DNA of 64,000 bases from Octopus sinensis (lineage: Eukaryota). The stretch is from assembly GCF_006345805.1 (NCBI RefSeq), contig NC_043013.1:28334001-28398000 (forward strand). Direction: 5' to 3'. Position numbers and translations under genes: made by a program. The notes under the pieces were generated by a model. The model was not told the DNA's origin. It searched no databases and saw nothing but the letters and a program-made list of their open reading frames with translations. Positions 63,248-64,000 of the stretch are shown here, piece after piece (within the stretch, counting starts at the first letter, position 1; every line of letters begins with the position of its first letter).

Positions 63248-63656
63248 AGCAACAAGCTGGCCTCTGTGCTGATGGCACATAAAAAGCACTATTCGAGCGT
63301 GATCGTTACCTGCATTGCCTTACTAGCACTTGTGCTGGTGGCACGTGAAAAAAAAACATTCGAGTGAGGTTGTTGCCAGTACCGCTGGACTGGCTCCTGT
63401 GCAGATAGCACATAAAAACCACCATTTGAGCATGGCCATTGCCAGTACCACCTGATTGGCCCTCGTGCCGGTGGCACATAAAAGCACCCACTACACTCTT
63501 GGAGTGGTTGGCGTTAGGAAGATCATCCAGCTGTAGAAACTCTGCCAGATCAGATTGGAGTCTGGTGCAGCCATCTGGATCACCAGATCTCAGTCAAATC
63601 GTCCAACCCATGCTAGCATGGAAAGCGGATGTTAAACGATGATGATGATGATGATG
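63248..63656 (+). mobile_element. (GAT)n-tailed RTE-like 3' end
   Basis: Reiterated 'ggtggcacataaaagcacc' modules; 'catgctagcatggaaagcggatgttaaacgatgat' tail. Confidence 0.85.
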
Positions 63657-63856
63657 TAGTAGTAGTAGTAGTAGTAGTACAAGCGAATAGCTGACATTTG
63701 CAATTCCTTTCTTTGCATTCCAAATTCTCTGCAAGAATGATTTCTTTAGAACTTCCAATTATGAGATCAACATCAGTTTGCAAAGATGTTTCCTTTTTTT
63801 AATTTTCCTATCAATTGTCAGGATTATTTCTTGAGGAACATACTGGATTGATTTAA

Positions 63857-64000
63857 CCCCTTAGCATTTAAACTGGCCATATCCAGCCAAAATATTCTGC
63901 TTGTTTTATGTTAAAGCCAATCAAATCTGGCCTTTCACACCAACCCTACAATGTCATTCTAAAAAGAAATAATTATCTCATCCAAGTCTCAAAGCTATAA
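63857..64000. mobile_element. piggyBac-type MITE P1, truncated by window end
   Basis: TTAA at 63853-63856 then ccccttagcatttaaactggcc, colinear with 16846 and 21170. Confidence 0.75.

Overview
AT-rich, repeat-saturated eukaryotic non-coding DNA. It is most consistent with a coleoid cephalopod (Octopus-like) genome; this is inferred from the tRNA-derived SINE families and the extreme microsatellite load and was not checked by a database search. I could not confidently support any host protein-coding exon, rRNA, true tRNA or CRISPR array. Almost all ORFs in the supplied track are translations of microsatellites or SINE/LINE pieces. The window is a layered record of mobile elements: several SINE families, a (GAT)n-tailed RTE-like family, relics of restriction-like-endonuclease LINEs (two R4/Dong-like, one Hero-like), a copia-type gag relic, a mariner relic, MITEs of piggyBac, hAT and mariner type, an ~1.1-kb foldback element, a complete non-autonomous Helitron and a Helentron/HINE-like element. 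Many are nested, with readable target-site duplications (TSDs). The most interesting signals are RNA-structural. (i) A type-I hammerhead ribozyme motif with an intact catalytic core (8222-8287) sits inside a 436-bp inverted-repeat element whose arm boundary falls at the predicted cleavage site. (ii) A second, unrelated hammerhead relic (47058-47163) has a palindromic stem III, as in Penelope-like elements and retrozymes. (iii) There is a near-perfect 52-bp hairpin at 55851-55966. All protein and family assignments are by-eye motif recognition, and coordinates of degenerate elements are approximate.
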